DNA of 64,000 bases from Gemmatimonadota bacterium (lineage in GTDB: Bacteria; Gemmatimonadota; Gemmatimonadetes; Palauibacterales; Palauibacteraceae): NCBI GenBank assembly GCA_036679495.1, contig JAZDDE010000064.1:631-64630 (forward strand), in the 5' to 3' direction. Position numbers and translations under genes: made by a program. A model generated the notes under the pieces. It searched no databases, was not told the DNA's origin, and saw nothing but the letters and a program-made list of their open reading frames with translations. Positions 18,786 through 28,746 of the stretch are shown here, piece by piece; the first letter of the stretch is position 1, and each line of letters starts with the position of its first letter.

Positions 18786-19645
18786 CGCAGCTCGGGCTGG
18801 GGTTCGAGTCAGGGTCCGCCCTTGTCGAACGAGCCCTGGAAGCGATCGAGTCGGGCCCCCGCTCGACTCCGTCTCTGGCACGCGACGTCCTGGGCGTACG
18901 TAACGGGCCACCCGGTCTGGCCGCCCGGCTGGTGTATGACCTCTTGGGCTCCGACAGGCGCGTCTCGGTGGACGGAGCGGGTGTATGGCGCCTGGCCACC
19001 ACCGACGCCACCACCGACGCGCTCCTCGCCACGACTGCTCTGTCTTGCCTTGAATTCGCGGTGGTTGATGTGGAGACCACCGGGGGAACTCCTTCACGCG
19101 GGGACCGAGTGATTGAATTCGCGGCGATCCAGGTTCGCGGTGGCCAGGTGGTGGGTGAATTCTCCAGCCTCGTGAATCCGGGCCGTGTCCTCTCTCCGTT
19201 CATTTCCAGGCTTACCGGAATAACGTCGGACATGCTGGCGACGGCCCCTACGTTCGCGGATATCGCCGACCAGGTGCGCGCTTGTCTGGAGGGCAGGGTG
19301 TTCGTGGCGCACAACGCCGGGTTCGACTGGCGCTTCTTGGCGGAGGAAATGCGCCGGTCGAGTGCCCTTTTTCCCGTCGGTCCCAGGCTGTGCACGGTAC
19401 GTCTGACACGCAGGGCGGTGCCGGGTCTGCGCCGGCGGGGCCTGGACCACGTGACGGACTACTTCGGAATCCCGATCCGGGGGCGGCATCGGGCCGGTGG
19501 AGACGCCCTGGCGACAGCCCAGGTTCTCATCCGGTTGCTTCAGGAAGCCAGCCGATCGGAAGTGGAGACGTGGGACCAGCTTCAGCTCTGGCTAGCCGGG
19601 AGGCCATCCGGCAGGCGCGGGCCGGAAAGCATTGTGAGCCAATGA
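18776..19645 (+). CDS. DEDDh 3'-5' exonuclease (DNA pol III epsilon-like) with ~90-aa N-terminal extension
   Basis: FAVVDVETTG (ExoI), VAHNAGFDWRFL (ExoII), GRHRAGGDALATAQV (ExoIII, H-x4-D). Confidence 0.8.
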   Translation: MGLTQLGLGFESGSALVERALEAIESGPRSTPSLARDVLGVRNGPPGLAARLVYDLLGSDRRVSVDGAGVWRLATTDATTDALLATTALSCLEFAVVDVETTGGTPSRGDRVIEFAAIQVRGGQVVGEFSSLVNPGRVLSPFISRLTGITSDMLATAPTFADIADQVRACLEGRVFVAHNAGFDWRFLAEEMRRSSALFPVGPRLCTVRLTRRAVPGLRRRGLDHVTDYFGIPIRGRHRAGGDALATAQVLIRLLQEASRSEVETWDQLQLWLAGRPSGRRGPESIVSQ

Positions 19646-20553
19646 CGGTTCTGACCGGCTCGAATCTCCGGGTAACAATGCTCGGCGCCGGCACGTTATG
19701 GCTCGATGGGGGAGCCATGTTTGGTGTGGTACCAAAGCCGCTGTGGAGCCGCCGCACCTCGCCTGACGACCGCAACCGAATCCCGCTGGCCATGCGCTGT
19801 CTGTTGGTCGAGACCGGCGATGAGATCGTCCTTGTAGACACCGGAGTGGGCAACAAAGAGAGCAAGAAATTCCACGACCTGTACGGCGTGGAGAACGCCG
19901 GGAACCCCACCCGGCTGGAAGACGCGCTGCGCGAGGCGGGTGTGGAGCCGGAGGATGTGGACATCGTCCTCAACACTCACCTCCACTTCGATCACGCCGG
20001 CGGGAATACCCGGGCGGAGAGCGACGGACGAATCGTCCCCTCGTTCCCAAACGCCAGATACGTAATCAGACACGGCGAATGGATATACGCTCAATCCGAC
20101 AATCCGCGGGTACGGGCCAGTTACTTTCCGACCAACTTCTCTCCGTTGGTCGATGCCGGCCTTGTGGACTTCCTGGACCAGGATACGGAGGTCGTGCCTG
20201 GCGTCTGGGCTCATCGGGCGGCTGGACATACGCCGCACCATCAGGTGATTCGAATCGACCTAGGTGACGAGACGCTGTTGTACCTGGCCGACCTGGTTCC
20301 CACGGCGGCTCACGTGCCCCTCCCGTGGATCATGGGATATGATGTAGAGCCTCTGGTCACGCTGGAGAGCAAGCGTCACTGGCTCGGACGAGCGGCGGCT
20401 GAGAGCTGGCTGCTCGGCTTCGAGCACGACCCGCACATCGCCTGGGGGAGGGCGGGGGTGGTTGAAGGAGGCGACGGATGCGTTCTGCTGGATGCGGTGG
20501 GCGATGATGGCGCGGCGCACAGCAGCCACCAAAAGGAAGGTAACGATGCGTAG
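19642..20553 (+). CDS. MBL-fold metallo-hydrolase
   Basis: Start set at ATG 19642 (ATGA overlap with the upstream stop). NTHLHFDHAGGN is the HxHxDH motif; also GHTPHH. The ORF track begins upstream inside the previous gene. Confidence 0.8.
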   Translation: MTVLTGSNLRVTMLGAGTLWLDGGAMFGVVPKPLWSRRTSPDDRNRIPLAMRCLLVETGDEIVLVDTGVGNKESKKFHDLYGVENAGNPTRLEDALREAGVEPEDVDIVLNTHLHFDHAGGNTRAESDGRIVPSFPNARYVIRHGEWIYAQSDNPRVRASYFPTNFSPLVDAGLVDFLDQDTEVVPGVWAHRAAGHTPHHQVIRIDLGDETLLYLADLVPTAAHVPLPWIMGYDVEPLVTLESKRHWLGRAAAESWLLGFEHDPHIAWGRAGVVEGGDGCVLLDAVGDDGAAHSSHQKEGNDA

Positions 20554-21040
20554 AATGATGTTGAGTGCTCTGATAGTGAGCGTTTCGGCAGGTGTCTGGG
20601 CGGCTCCGGCTGCCGCGCAATGGGCCGAAGAGGAAGAGGCGAAGGCCGCAGCAATGGAGGTCATCACGGGTCTGTTCGACGCGATGCGGGCAGCCGACAG
20701 CGCGGCGGTGCGGGCCGCCTTTCACCCGGAGGCTGCAGTCGGCAGTTCGTTCGCGAACGAAGAAGGGGTCGCCGGCGTGCGGTACGGCGAGATCGAGAGC
20801 TTCGTGCAGGGTGTAGGCGGAGCGGCCCCGGGAGATTGGGATGAGCAGGTCGGTGAGACGGAGCTCCGCGCCTACGACAATCTGGTTACAGCCGCGAATC
20901 GCTACGTCTTCCATTTCAAGGGTGAGGCATCGCACTGCGGTGTGAACACGTTCCAGATTGGTAAGCTCGGTGACGAGTGGAAGATTGTCGGAATCGTCGA
21001 CACCAGGCGCCGGCAGGGATGCGAGGGATGGCTGGAATGA
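20546..21040 (+). CDS. Secreted NTF2-fold (SnoaL/DUF4440-like) protein
   Basis: Start at ATG 20546, preceded by AAGGAAGG. Signal peptide MRRMMLSALIVSVSAGVWAAPAAAQ. The rest resembles small NTF2-like domains (..VFHFKGEASHCGVNTFQIGKLGDEWKIV). Confidence 0.6.
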   Translation: MRRMMLSALIVSVSAGVWAAPAAAQWAEEEEAKAAAMEVITGLFDAMRAADSAAVRAAFHPEAAVGSSFANEEGVAGVRYGEIESFVQGVGGAAPGDWDEQVGETELRAYDNLVTAANRYVFHFKGEASHCGVNTFQIGKLGDEWKIVGIVDTRRRQGCEGWLE

Positions 21041-22248
21041 GCGACGCCGACAGGACTGCGGTCCTCGTCGGGGCGGTACGACTGCCGACGGGTCGTTTCC
21101 TGGGAGCGCTTGCGCCGATGCGGGCACCTGAGCTGGGCGCGGTCGCCATTCGCGCAGCCGTCGAGCGGTCGGGAGTGGATTCGGCGGACGTCGAAGACGT
21201 CATCATGGGTAACGTCATCCAGGCCGGGGTGGGCCAGGCGCCCGCTCGGCAGGCCGCGCTCGGAGCGGGACTGTCTCCCACGATCCCGGCGCTCACGATC
21301 AATAAGGTGTGCGGCTCAGGCCTGAAGGCTGTCATGCTCGCCGCTCAGTCGATCAAGGCCGGCGACAACCAGGTGGTGGTAGCGGGCGGAATGGAATCCA
21401 TGTCCAACGCGCCGCACTTCCTGCGCGGATACCGTCAGGGAATCAAGCTCGGTGACCGTCCGATCGTGGACGGTCTCGTGCATGACGGCCTGTGGTGTTC
21501 GTTCGGCGAATGCCATATGGGCGGGCACGCGGAATACACAGCATACAAGGCTGGGATCACACGGGAGGAACAGGACGAATTCGCACTGCGCAGCCACCAG
21601 AAGGCAATCGCCGCCATCGACGCTGGCGAATTTGCGGATGAGATCGTTCCGGTTGAAGTCCCCGGAAGAAAGGGTCCGGTGCTTGTCGCCACGGACGAGC
21701 CGCCGCGGCGTGATTCCTCACTCGAGGCGCTGAGCCGACTCCAGCCGGCCTTTAGCGGCGATGCGCCCCCCGAGGTCACTGAAGCAACGGTGACGGCCGG
21801 CAACGCGCCGGGCCTTAACGATGGAGCCGCGGCCATGCTTGTCACGTCGGAAGCCTACGCCAACGCGCACGGCCTGGACGTGCTCGCACGGATCTCAGCA
21901 TATTCGGTCAGCGCTACGGCGCCGCGGGATCTATTCTTCGCGCCGATCGCGGCGGTACGGCAGCTCATGGAAAAAGAAGGCACCAAGATTGACGACTACG
22001 GGCTTGTGGAAGTGAACGAAGCGTTCGCCGTGCAAGCCCTGGCTGACGCCCGGGAACTGGACATGAATCTGGATCGGGTCAATGTTCGGGGCGGTGCGAT
22101 CGCGCTGGGCCATCCTCTAGGAGCGTCGGGGGCGAAGATCCTGACCACACTTGCCTATGCGATGCGGGATCGGGGAGTCGAGAAGGGTCTAGCGACACTA
22201 TGCCTGGGTGGAGGAAACGCCGTAGCCATGAGCGTGGAGCGAATATGA
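21037..22248 (+). CDS. Acetyl-CoA C-acetyltransferase (thiolase II)
   Basis: INKVCGSGLKAV (active Cys), NEAFAVQ, GGAIALGHPLGASGA, CLGGGNAVAM. ATGA overlap upstream. Confidence 0.9.
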   Translation: MSDADRTAVLVGAVRLPTGRFLGALAPMRAPELGAVAIRAAVERSGVDSADVEDVIMGNVIQAGVGQAPARQAALGAGLSPTIPALTINKVCGSGLKAVMLAAQSIKAGDNQVVVAGGMESMSNAPHFLRGYRQGIKLGDRPIVDGLVHDGLWCSFGECHMGGHAEYTAYKAGITREEQDEFALRSHQKAIAAIDAGEFADEIVPVEVPGRKGPVLVATDEPPRRDSSLEALSRLQPAFSGDAPPEVTEATVTAGNAPGLNDGAAAMLVTSEAYANAHGLDVLARISAYSVSATAPRDLFFAPIAAVRQLMEKEGTKIDDYGLVEVNEAFAVQALADARELDMNLDRVNVRGGAIALGHPLGASGAKILTTLAYAMRDRGVEKGLATLCLGGGNAVAMSVERI

Positions 22249-22850
22249 GAACTCACGAACAACTGGAGGTGTCCGTGGCAGGAGCGGCTTCGGTAAATTC
22301 GGCGATTAGTCGGACCTCGGAGTCTGCGATCGGGCGGCGCGTGATCGCCGTCTTCGCCTTTGCGGTCCTGACGGCAATCGCTGCACGGATAGCGGTACCC
22401 ATCGCTGTTCTACCAGTACCGCTGACGCTTCAGGTGGTGGCGGTGCTTCTGTCGGGCTATCTACTCGGACCTCGGCTTGGGTTCGCGAGCCAATTGACCT
22501 ATCTGGCGATCGGGGCGGTCGGGTTCCCGGTCTTCGCGGCTGGGGGCGGGGCGGCGTATCTGCTCGGTCCCACGGGTGGCTACCTGGCGGCCTTCCCGGT
22601 CGCGGCGGCCGTGGCGGGTCTTGGCTACCGCAGCCACTGGAGGTTGCCCGTGCGTCTAGGCATGCTCGCGCTCGGAGTCACGGTGATTCACCTGATGGGG
22701 ATCGCGTGGCTACAGCTCGTGATCAGCACTCCGATTTCCTTCGCGACGCACGTCGCGCCCTTTGTAGTCGGAGATGTTCTGAAAGTGGCGTTCGTTCTAC
22801 TGATCGGGAGTGGCCTCCGGACACCCATTCAGAGGTCCTGGCTCAGGTAG
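22245..22850 (+). CDS. bioY: Biotin transporter BioY (ECF S-component type)
   Basis: About 200 aa, polytopic. ..PVPLTLQVVAVLLSGYLLGPRLG..YLLGPTGGYLAAFP.. is typical BioY. ATGA overlap with the thiolase stop. Confidence 0.8.
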   Translation: MRTHEQLEVSVAGAASVNSAISRTSESAIGRRVIAVFAFAVLTAIAARIAVPIAVLPVPLTLQVVAVLLSGYLLGPRLGFASQLTYLAIGAVGFPVFAAGGGAAYLLGPTGGYLAAFPVAAAVAGLGYRSHWRLPVRLGMLALGVTVIHLMGIAWLQLVISTPISFATHVAPFVVGDVLKVAFVLLIGSGLRTPIQRSWLR

Positions 22851-23710
22851 TGAATGCCGAACAGGCTGGCTCGGTCGGGGTGATCGGGGCGGGGACCATG
22901 GGCAACGGTATTGCCCACGTCTTCGCTCAGGCCGGTCTCCAGGTTCATCTCGTGGATGCTGTGGATGCCGCCCTCGAAAACGCCCTGGAGACGATCGAGC
23001 GGAATCTCGCCCGCCAGGTGTCGAAGGGACGACTCGAGGAGGCGGCCGCCGCAGATACACTTACCCGCATATCCACTTCGGTCGGGCTCGCTTCGGTGGC
23101 TGGGGCGGATCTGGTTGTGGAGGCGGTCTCGGAGAACATCGACTTGAAGCGGGACATTCTGAAGCAGCTGGACGGGATCTGTGGCGCCCGGGCAGTACTG
23201 GCCTCGAATACGAGTTCAATTTCGATTACCGAGCTCGGGTCGGGCCTCTCCCATCCCGAGAAGTTCATCGGAATGCACTTCATGAACCCGGTGCCTGTGA
23301 TGACGCTTGTGGAGGTCATTCGTGGCCTGGACACGTCGGACGAGGCGACCTCGTTCACGCTCGGAATGTGCAGCCGAGTCGGGAAGACTCCAGTGGAGGT
23401 GAAAGACTTCCCTGGATTCGTGTCGAACCGAATTCTCATGCCGATGATCAACGAAGCCGTGTTCTGCCTGATGGAAGGAGTGGCCGAGCCCGAGGCTATC
23501 GATACGGTGATGAAGCTGGGGATGAACCACCCCATGGGTCCGTTGGCATTGGCTGATCTCATCGGACTGGACACCTGTCTGGCGATCTGCCGCGTGCTCC
23601 ACCGTGATCTCGGGGAGGACAAGTATCGTCCCTGTCCCCTGCTAGCCAAGTATGTGGCCGCTGGCCGACTGGGCCGGAAGAGCGGGCGCGGATTCTACGA
23701 GTATGCGTAG
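22850..23710 (+). CDS. hbd: 3-hydroxybutyryl-CoA dehydrogenase
   Basis: GTG start at 22850. VGVIGAGTMGNGIAHVFA Rossmann motif; ..SNTSSISIT..HFMNPVPVMTLVE..PGFVSNRILMP..HPMGPLALADLIGLD. Confidence 0.85.
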   Translation: MNAEQAGSVGVIGAGTMGNGIAHVFAQAGLQVHLVDAVDAALENALETIERNLARQVSKGRLEEAAAADTLTRISTSVGLASVAGADLVVEAVSENIDLKRDILKQLDGICGARAVLASNTSSISITELGSGLSHPEKFIGMHFMNPVPVMTLVEVIRGLDTSDEATSFTLGMCSRVGKTPVEVKDFPGFVSNRILMPMINEAVFCLMEGVAEPEAIDTVMKLGMNHPMGPLALADLIGLDTCLAICRVLHRDLGEDKYRPCPLLAKYVAAGRLGRKSGRGFYEYA

Positions 23711-24890
23711 CTCGTACGGCGGTACGAGCCTCACGGAGGAACAGCGCCAGATCTGCGAGCTGGCCCGAGCGTACGCGGCGGAAGAACTTCGTCCCGGCAT
23801 AGAGTCCCGCGAGGAGAACGAGGACAGGTTTGACCGGACGCCCGTTGATGGGCTGGCTGAACTCGGCTTTCTGGGCATGCTTGTCCCTCCGGAGTACGAT
23901 GGCCTGGGATTGGACATGCTGACATATCTGTATGCACTGGAGGAAATTGCCTGGGGAGACGCGTCGGTCGCCATTTCGATGAGCGTTCACAACTCATTGC
24001 CTACCCAGACGATTCTCCGGCATGGGACCGAACAGCAAAAGGACCGCTGGCTGCGGCCGCTGGCGCGTGGTGAAATGCTGGGGGCGTTCGCCCTGTCGGA
24101 GGCGGGGTCGGGCAGTGACGCCGCGGCCTTGCAGGCTCAGGCCGTGCGGGAAGGCGATAATTGGCGGATCAACGGGAGCAAACTGTGGGTGACGAACGGC
24201 GCTTCGGCCGATCTCGTCCTGCTGATGGCGAGGACGGATTCAGCGAACGAGCGGCGGGGAACGAGGGGGATTGGAGCGTTCATCGTTCCCCGGGACACTC
24301 CAGGGTTCACGGCGGGCAAGAAGGAACGGAAGCTGGGTCTGCGTGGTTCGGAGACTGTGGCCCTCAACCTGGATGACATGGTCCTCGGTCCCGAGCATGT
24401 CATTGGCGAGCCCGACCGCGGCTTTCAGTACGCGCTGGAAGCGCTTGAAGGCGGGCGCCTTGGGATCGCGGCGCAGGCGATCGGCATTGCCGAGGCCGCT
24501 CTGGATCATTCGCTGGACTACGCGTCAGAGCGTCACCAGTTCGGCGAGGCGATCCAGCGGTTCCAGGGAATTCAGTTCAAGCTCGCAGACATGGCCGTTC
24601 GTCTGGAAGCGGCTCGGGGGCTACTCTACCGGGCTGCTCAAGCTTACATGGCAGATGAGGCGAGAAAGCGTAAGCTGTCCAGCATGGCTAAGTTACACGC
24701 CTCAGAAACCGCGATGAGCGTCACACGAGATGCCGTACAGATCTTCGGCGGGTACGGGTACAGCAGGGAGTATCCGGTGGAGAGGTTGTTTCGGGATGCC
24801 AAGGTGACCGAGATTTACGAAGGCACGAGTGAGATCCACCGTATGATCATTGCTCGCGAACTGTATATGGAGAGAGGAACCGACCGTTGA
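23703..24890 (+). CDS. Acyl-CoA dehydrogenase (short/branched-chain type)
   Basis: ..GAFALSEAGSGSDAAAL..WVTNG..ERKLGLRGS..QFGEAIQRFQGIQFKLADM..IYEGTSEIHRMIIAREL. Confidence 0.9.
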   Translation: MRSSYGGTSLTEEQRQICELARAYAAEELRPGIESREENEDRFDRTPVDGLAELGFLGMLVPPEYDGLGLDMLTYLYALEEIAWGDASVAISMSVHNSLPTQTILRHGTEQQKDRWLRPLARGEMLGAFALSEAGSGSDAAALQAQAVREGDNWRINGSKLWVTNGASADLVLLMARTDSANERRGTRGIGAFIVPRDTPGFTAGKKERKLGLRGSETVALNLDDMVLGPEHVIGEPDRGFQYALEALEGGRLGIAAQAIGIAEAALDHSLDYASERHQFGEAIQRFQGIQFKLADMAVRLEAARGLLYRAAQAYMADEARKRKLSSMAKLHASETAMSVTRDAVQIFGGYGYSREYPVERLFRDAKVTEIYEGTSEIHRMIIARELYMERGTDR

Positions 24891-25999
24891 GTCAATCAGC
24901 GACCGAGGTACCGGACGAAATCAGCGAAATGATTGTGGCCGAGCCCGAGCTGTTCGACATGATCGGAAGGCGCGGACACGAGCAGGTGTTGTTTACCCGT
25001 GAGCCGACGAGCGGCTACAAGGGAATCATCGCCATCCACAACACGAATCTCGGGCCGGCGCTCGGAGGGACTCGCTTCTGGAACTACGAGTCGGATCGAG
25101 ACGCGCTCGTGGACGTTTTGCGGCTCTCCCGGGGCATGACCTACAAGGCCTCCGTGGCGGGGCTCAATTTGGGTGGCGGGAAGTCTGTAATCATCGGCGA
25201 CAACAAGACGGCCCAGCGCGAGCTCATCATGCGTGCGCACGGCCGAGCGGTAGACACGCTGGGTGGCCGCTACATCACGGCCGAAGACGTGGGCACGAGC
25301 GTTGAGGACATGGACTTCGTGCACATGGAGACCGATCACGTAGTAGGAATGGCCGGGAAGTCGGGAGATCCGTCGCCCGTTACGGCCTACGGGACATATC
25401 GCGGGATCCAGGCCAGCGCGGCTCGCCGCTATGGCAGTGACGATCTGAAGGGCCGCTCTGTAATGGTTCAGGGGGCGGGGCACGTCGGGTACTGCCTGTG
25501 CGAGTTGCTCTCCGGGGATGGCGCGAAGGTATTCGTCTCTGACATCGACGAAACCAAGGTTGGCAAGGTGGTCGAGGACTTCGGGGCCACGGCGACCGCA
25601 GCGGACGAGGTGTACGAAGCGGATGTGGACGTCTTCGCGCCATGTGCTCTGGGGGCCGTGCTAAACGACGACACGATTCCGAAGCTGAGAGTGCAGATCG
25701 TGGCCGGAGCCGCCAACAACCAGCTGGCCCGGCTCGAGCACGCCCAGCAGCTCAAGGACGCCGGGATTCTCTACGCTCCGGACTACGTGATCAACGCGGG
25801 TGGCCTGATCAACGTGTACTCCGAGCTGGCGGGGTGGTCCCTCGACCGGTCGAAACGCAAAGCAGGTGAGATCTACGCCACCATGCTGCAGATCTTCGAG
25901 CTGGCCGATGAGCGGGGAATCACGAACGCCGAGGCAGCCGACCAGGTGGCGCTGCGCCGCGTGGAGCGCGTCGCCAAGCTTCACAGCTCTTGGATTTGA
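24887..25999 (+). CDS. Leucine (Leu/Phe/Val) dehydrogenase
   Basis: 370 aa. [60 protein letters not shown]. Confidence 0.8.
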   Translation: MSQSATEVPDEISEMIVAEPELFDMIGRRGHEQVLFTREPTSGYKGIIAIHNTNLGPALGGTRFWNYESDRDALVDVLRLSRGMTYKASVAGLNLGGGKSVIIGDNKTAQRELIMRAHGRAVDTLGGRYITAEDVGTSVEDMDFVHMETDHVVGMAGKSGDPSPVTAYGTYRGIQASAARRYGSDDLKGRSVMVQGAGHVGYCLCELLSGDGAKVFVSDIDETKVGKVVEDFGATATAADEVYEADVDVFAPCALGAVLNDDTIPKLRVQIVAGAANNQLARLEHAQQLKDAGILYAPDYVINAGGLINVYSELAGWSLDRSKRKAGEIYATMLQIFELADERGITNAEAADQVALRRVERVAKLHSSWI

Positions 26000-27294
26000 T
26001 CCTCCCACCGGGAGCGCCCCTTCCTCTGGAAGCGGTCGATCCGGTGGTTTTCGATGCGATTGAAGCTGAAGAGGAGCGCCAGAGGGCGGGCCTCGAGCTG
26101 ATCGCCAGTGAGAACTTTGTCTCGGCGGCCGTACTCGAAGCCTTGGGTTCGGTTCTTACCAATAAGTACGCCGAAGGATACCCCGGGAAGCGCTACTACG
26201 GCGGATGCGAGGTCGTTGACGGGGTAGAAGACCTGGCACGCGAGCGGGCGAAGCAATTATTCGGCGGGGACCACGCCAACGTCCAGCCACACAGCGGTTC
26301 TCAGGCCAACATGGCCGCCTATTTCGCTCTAATCGATCCGGGGGATACGGTGCTCGGGATGGATTTGTCCCACGGCGGACATCTCACCCACGGTTCGCCC
26401 GTCAACTTCAGCGGACAGCTGTATTCGGTTCATTCGTACGGCGTCCGGGCAGAGGACCACCGGGTGGACCTCGACGCGCTAGCCACGCTGAGCCGAGATC
26501 AGAAGCCGGCACTCATCGTTGCGGGCGCGAGCGCGTATCCACGTGAACTGCCATTCGCCGAGTTCGCCGAAATAGCGGAGTCGTGCGGGGCCCGCTTAAT
26601 GGTTGATATGGCACACATCGCAGGATTGGTCGCGGCGGGCCTTCACGAGTCGCCAGTATCGTGCGCCGACGTAGTGACCACCACAACCCACAAGACACTC
26701 CGTGGACCCCGAGGTGGGCTCATTCTGTGCCAGGAGCAGCACGCCCGGGTGATAGACAAGGTCGTGTTTCCCGGCATGCAGGGCGGTCCCCTGATGCACG
26801 TGATCGCCGCGAAGGCGGTCGCCCTCCACGAGGCGCAGACGGAGGAATTCATCGCGTATTCGAAGCGGGTGATCGAAAACGCCAAGGCCCTCGGCGAGTG
26901 CCTCGCCGGCCATGGATATACACTGGTTTCCGGCGGAACGGACACTCATCTGCTACTGGTAGATCTGCGAACCACCGACTTGACCGGGAAGGACGCTGAA
27001 GAGCGCCTGGGGGTAGCCGGAATCACCGTGAATAAGAACACGGTTCCGTTCGAGACCCGCTCGCCGTTCGTGACTTCGGGGATCCGATTAGGCACTCCGG
27101 CGCTCACCACGCGTGGGATGGGTCCGGACGACATGCGCCGGGTCGGCGATCTTATCCACCGGGCGCTCCGTCCAGATGCAGATGAGGGTGCTCTGGGGGC
27201 CATCGGCGAGGAAGTGACCGAGTTGACCGGTTCGTTCCCCTTGCACGCCGCTGTGGCCCGAGCCGAACCTGTCCCGTGCACCGAGACGTCCTGA
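25990..27294 (+). CDS. glyA: Serine hydroxymethyltransferase
   Basis: 434 aa. [53 protein letters not shown]. Confidence 0.9.
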   Translation: MDLILPPGAPLPLEAVDPVVFDAIEAEEERQRAGLELIASENFVSAAVLEALGSVLTNKYAEGYPGKRYYGGCEVVDGVEDLARERAKQLFGGDHANVQPHSGSQANMAAYFALIDPGDTVLGMDLSHGGHLTHGSPVNFSGQLYSVHSYGVRAEDHRVDLDALATLSRDQKPALIVAGASAYPRELPFAEFAEIAESCGARLMVDMAHIAGLVAAGLHESPVSCADVVTTTTHKTLRGPRGGLILCQEQHARVIDKVVFPGMQGGPLMHVIAAKAVALHEAQTEEFIAYSKRVIENAKALGECLAGHGYTLVSGGTDTHLLLVDLRTTDLTGKDAEERLGVAGITVNKNTVPFETRSPFVTSGIRLGTPALTTRGMGPDDMRRVGDLIHRALRPDADEGALGAIGEEVTELTGSFPLHAAVARAEPVPCTETS

Positions 27295-27319
27295 GCCCCA
27301 GCACGCTCAACACGATCTG

Positions 27320-27937
27320 GTGCGAATTCCAGCGGCTGCCGGCCGCGGCGAGTGTCGAGTTCGGAGTTCGAGGTTCCTCGCTCTGGCGGCCCCCATCACG
27401 GATTTAGTCCAGGCGCTCGAAGTGCGGGACGCCGAGCGCCGGGCCTACCACGACGCCACCCATCACGTGTTCGCCGCACGGTTAGCGTCCGGCGAATCCA
27501 GATCGGACGATGATGGTGAGCCTGCTGGCACCGCAGGTCGGCCCATTCTCTCTCTACTGGAAGGGGAAGATCTCGTGAATGTGGTGCTGGTTGTGACTCG
27601 GTACTTTGGCGGAACGAAGCTCGGTACGGGCGGGCTGGCGCGAGCCTACGGCGACGCCGCTCGGGCCGCCCTGGCTGGAGTAACAGCCCGTCAGGTGGCC
27701 CTGGCTCGTATCATGCATATTTCCTACTCGCATCCGGACACCGGGTTCGTAACCCGGGCCTTGGCCGGAGCGAAGGGGCTCGTCCGATCCACGAGCTACG
27801 ACGACCGGGTACACATTGAGGTCGCCGTGGCGGTGGAAAGGTGCGAAGCCCTGTGTGCGAGGCTCGCTGGCGGCACGGCGGGCCGGATTCAGGTGCGCGA
27901 AAGCGGCGAAACCGGGCTGGTGACGGTCGACCCTTGA
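27320..27937 (+). CDS. yigZ: YigZ/IMPACT family protein (UPF0029)
   Basis: ..SSRFLA..ATHHVFAARL..SDDDGEPAGTAGRPIL..VVTRYFGGTKLGTGGLARAY. Confidence 0.8.
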   Translation: MRIPAAAGRGECRVRSSRFLALAAPITDLVQALEVRDAERRAYHDATHHVFAARLASGESRSDDDGEPAGTAGRPILSLLEGEDLVNVVLVVTRYFGGTKLGTGGLARAYGDAARAALAGVTARQVALARIMHISYSHPDTGFVTRALAGAKGLVRSTSYDDRVHIEVAVAVERCEALCARLAGGTAGRIQVRESGETGLVTVDP

Positions 27938-28017
27938 CGGTTTATAGCCGGAATCTAGATTCACGGGCGCTTTGCGACGTGAATTGCGAGCTTGAGTGGG
28001 TGCGCCTTGGAGAGTGC

Positions 28018-28398
28018 ATGAGTGACGGAAATTCGCATGAACTGGGTAACACGCTGGCACAGCTACGGAGGAGATATCCGAAGTATGCTGAGCCCGCCTA
28101 CCTGTTTGTGCTCGAAGCATTGCACTGTCGGATTCAATCGCTGGACAGTCCGCGCCATCTGTCCGGAGCCGAGCTGGCAGAGTCCCTGCGAGATCTGGCC
28201 TTGGAACGGTACGGTCCGCTCGCTCGCGCCGTGCTGGAGTACTGGGGAGTGGCCTCGACGGCCGACCTCGGCGAGGTCGTATTTCTTCTGATTGAACACG
28301 GTGTGTTGGACAAGCAGGAGGGCGATAGCCGAGAGGACTTCGAGGAGCTGTTTTCGTTCGAGCAGGTATTCGAATTGGAGTATCCCTGGGGCCGTTGA
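28018..28398 (+). CDS. Uncharacterised conserved protein, TIGR04138/Minf_1886-like
   Basis: Start set at ATG 28018. ..YAEPAYLFVLEALH....RHLSGAELAESLRDLALERYGPLARAVLEYWGV..DLGEVVFLLIEHGVL.K.EGDSREDF matches my recollection of that family. From memory only. Confidence 0.55.
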   Translation: MSDGNSHELGNTLAQLRRRYPKYAEPAYLFVLEALHCRIQSLDSPRHLSGAELAESLRDLALERYGPLARAVLEYWGVASTADLGEVVFLLIEHGVLDKQEGDSREDFEELFSFEQVFELEYPWGR

Positions 28399-28533
28399 GC
28401 TTCAGCGCAGGGCCGACAGGATAGCCGAGGGGATCCCGGGATCCGGATTTTCTCAGGTTGTATTCAATGGTGGTGCTAACCGATTGTGGCTGCCTTTTAC
28501 GGTAGCGGCCACCGATTGCGGGGAGGGGTGAAC

Positions 28534-28728
28534 GTGGACTCAGGACGGTTTCCGAAGTGCTTGCGATGCGACGACGGCTTGTTGCTTCCGTTATCTGATT
28601 ATGGGCGGGACGGTGCTCCTATTCGCTACAAAGCGTGGGTGTGCTCAAGTCCGAACTGTGGATACAACATCCGGATCGATAACGGAGAAATCAGTTACGG
28701 CCGCGAAATCAACCAGTCGTACAAGTAG
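28534..28728 (+). CDS. Small (64 aa) putative zinc-ribbon protein
   Basis: GTG 28534 is preceded by GGGGAGGGG. The sequence has KCLRCDDG (CxxC) and VCSSPNCG (Cx4C). No family recognised; start uncertain (the ORF track starts at 28486). Confidence 0.4.
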   Translation: MDSGRFPKCLRCDDGLLLPLSDYGRDGAPIRYKAWVCSSPNCGYNIRIDNGEISYGREINQSYK

Positions 28729-28746
28729 CTCCAGTCTGACCCCGCC

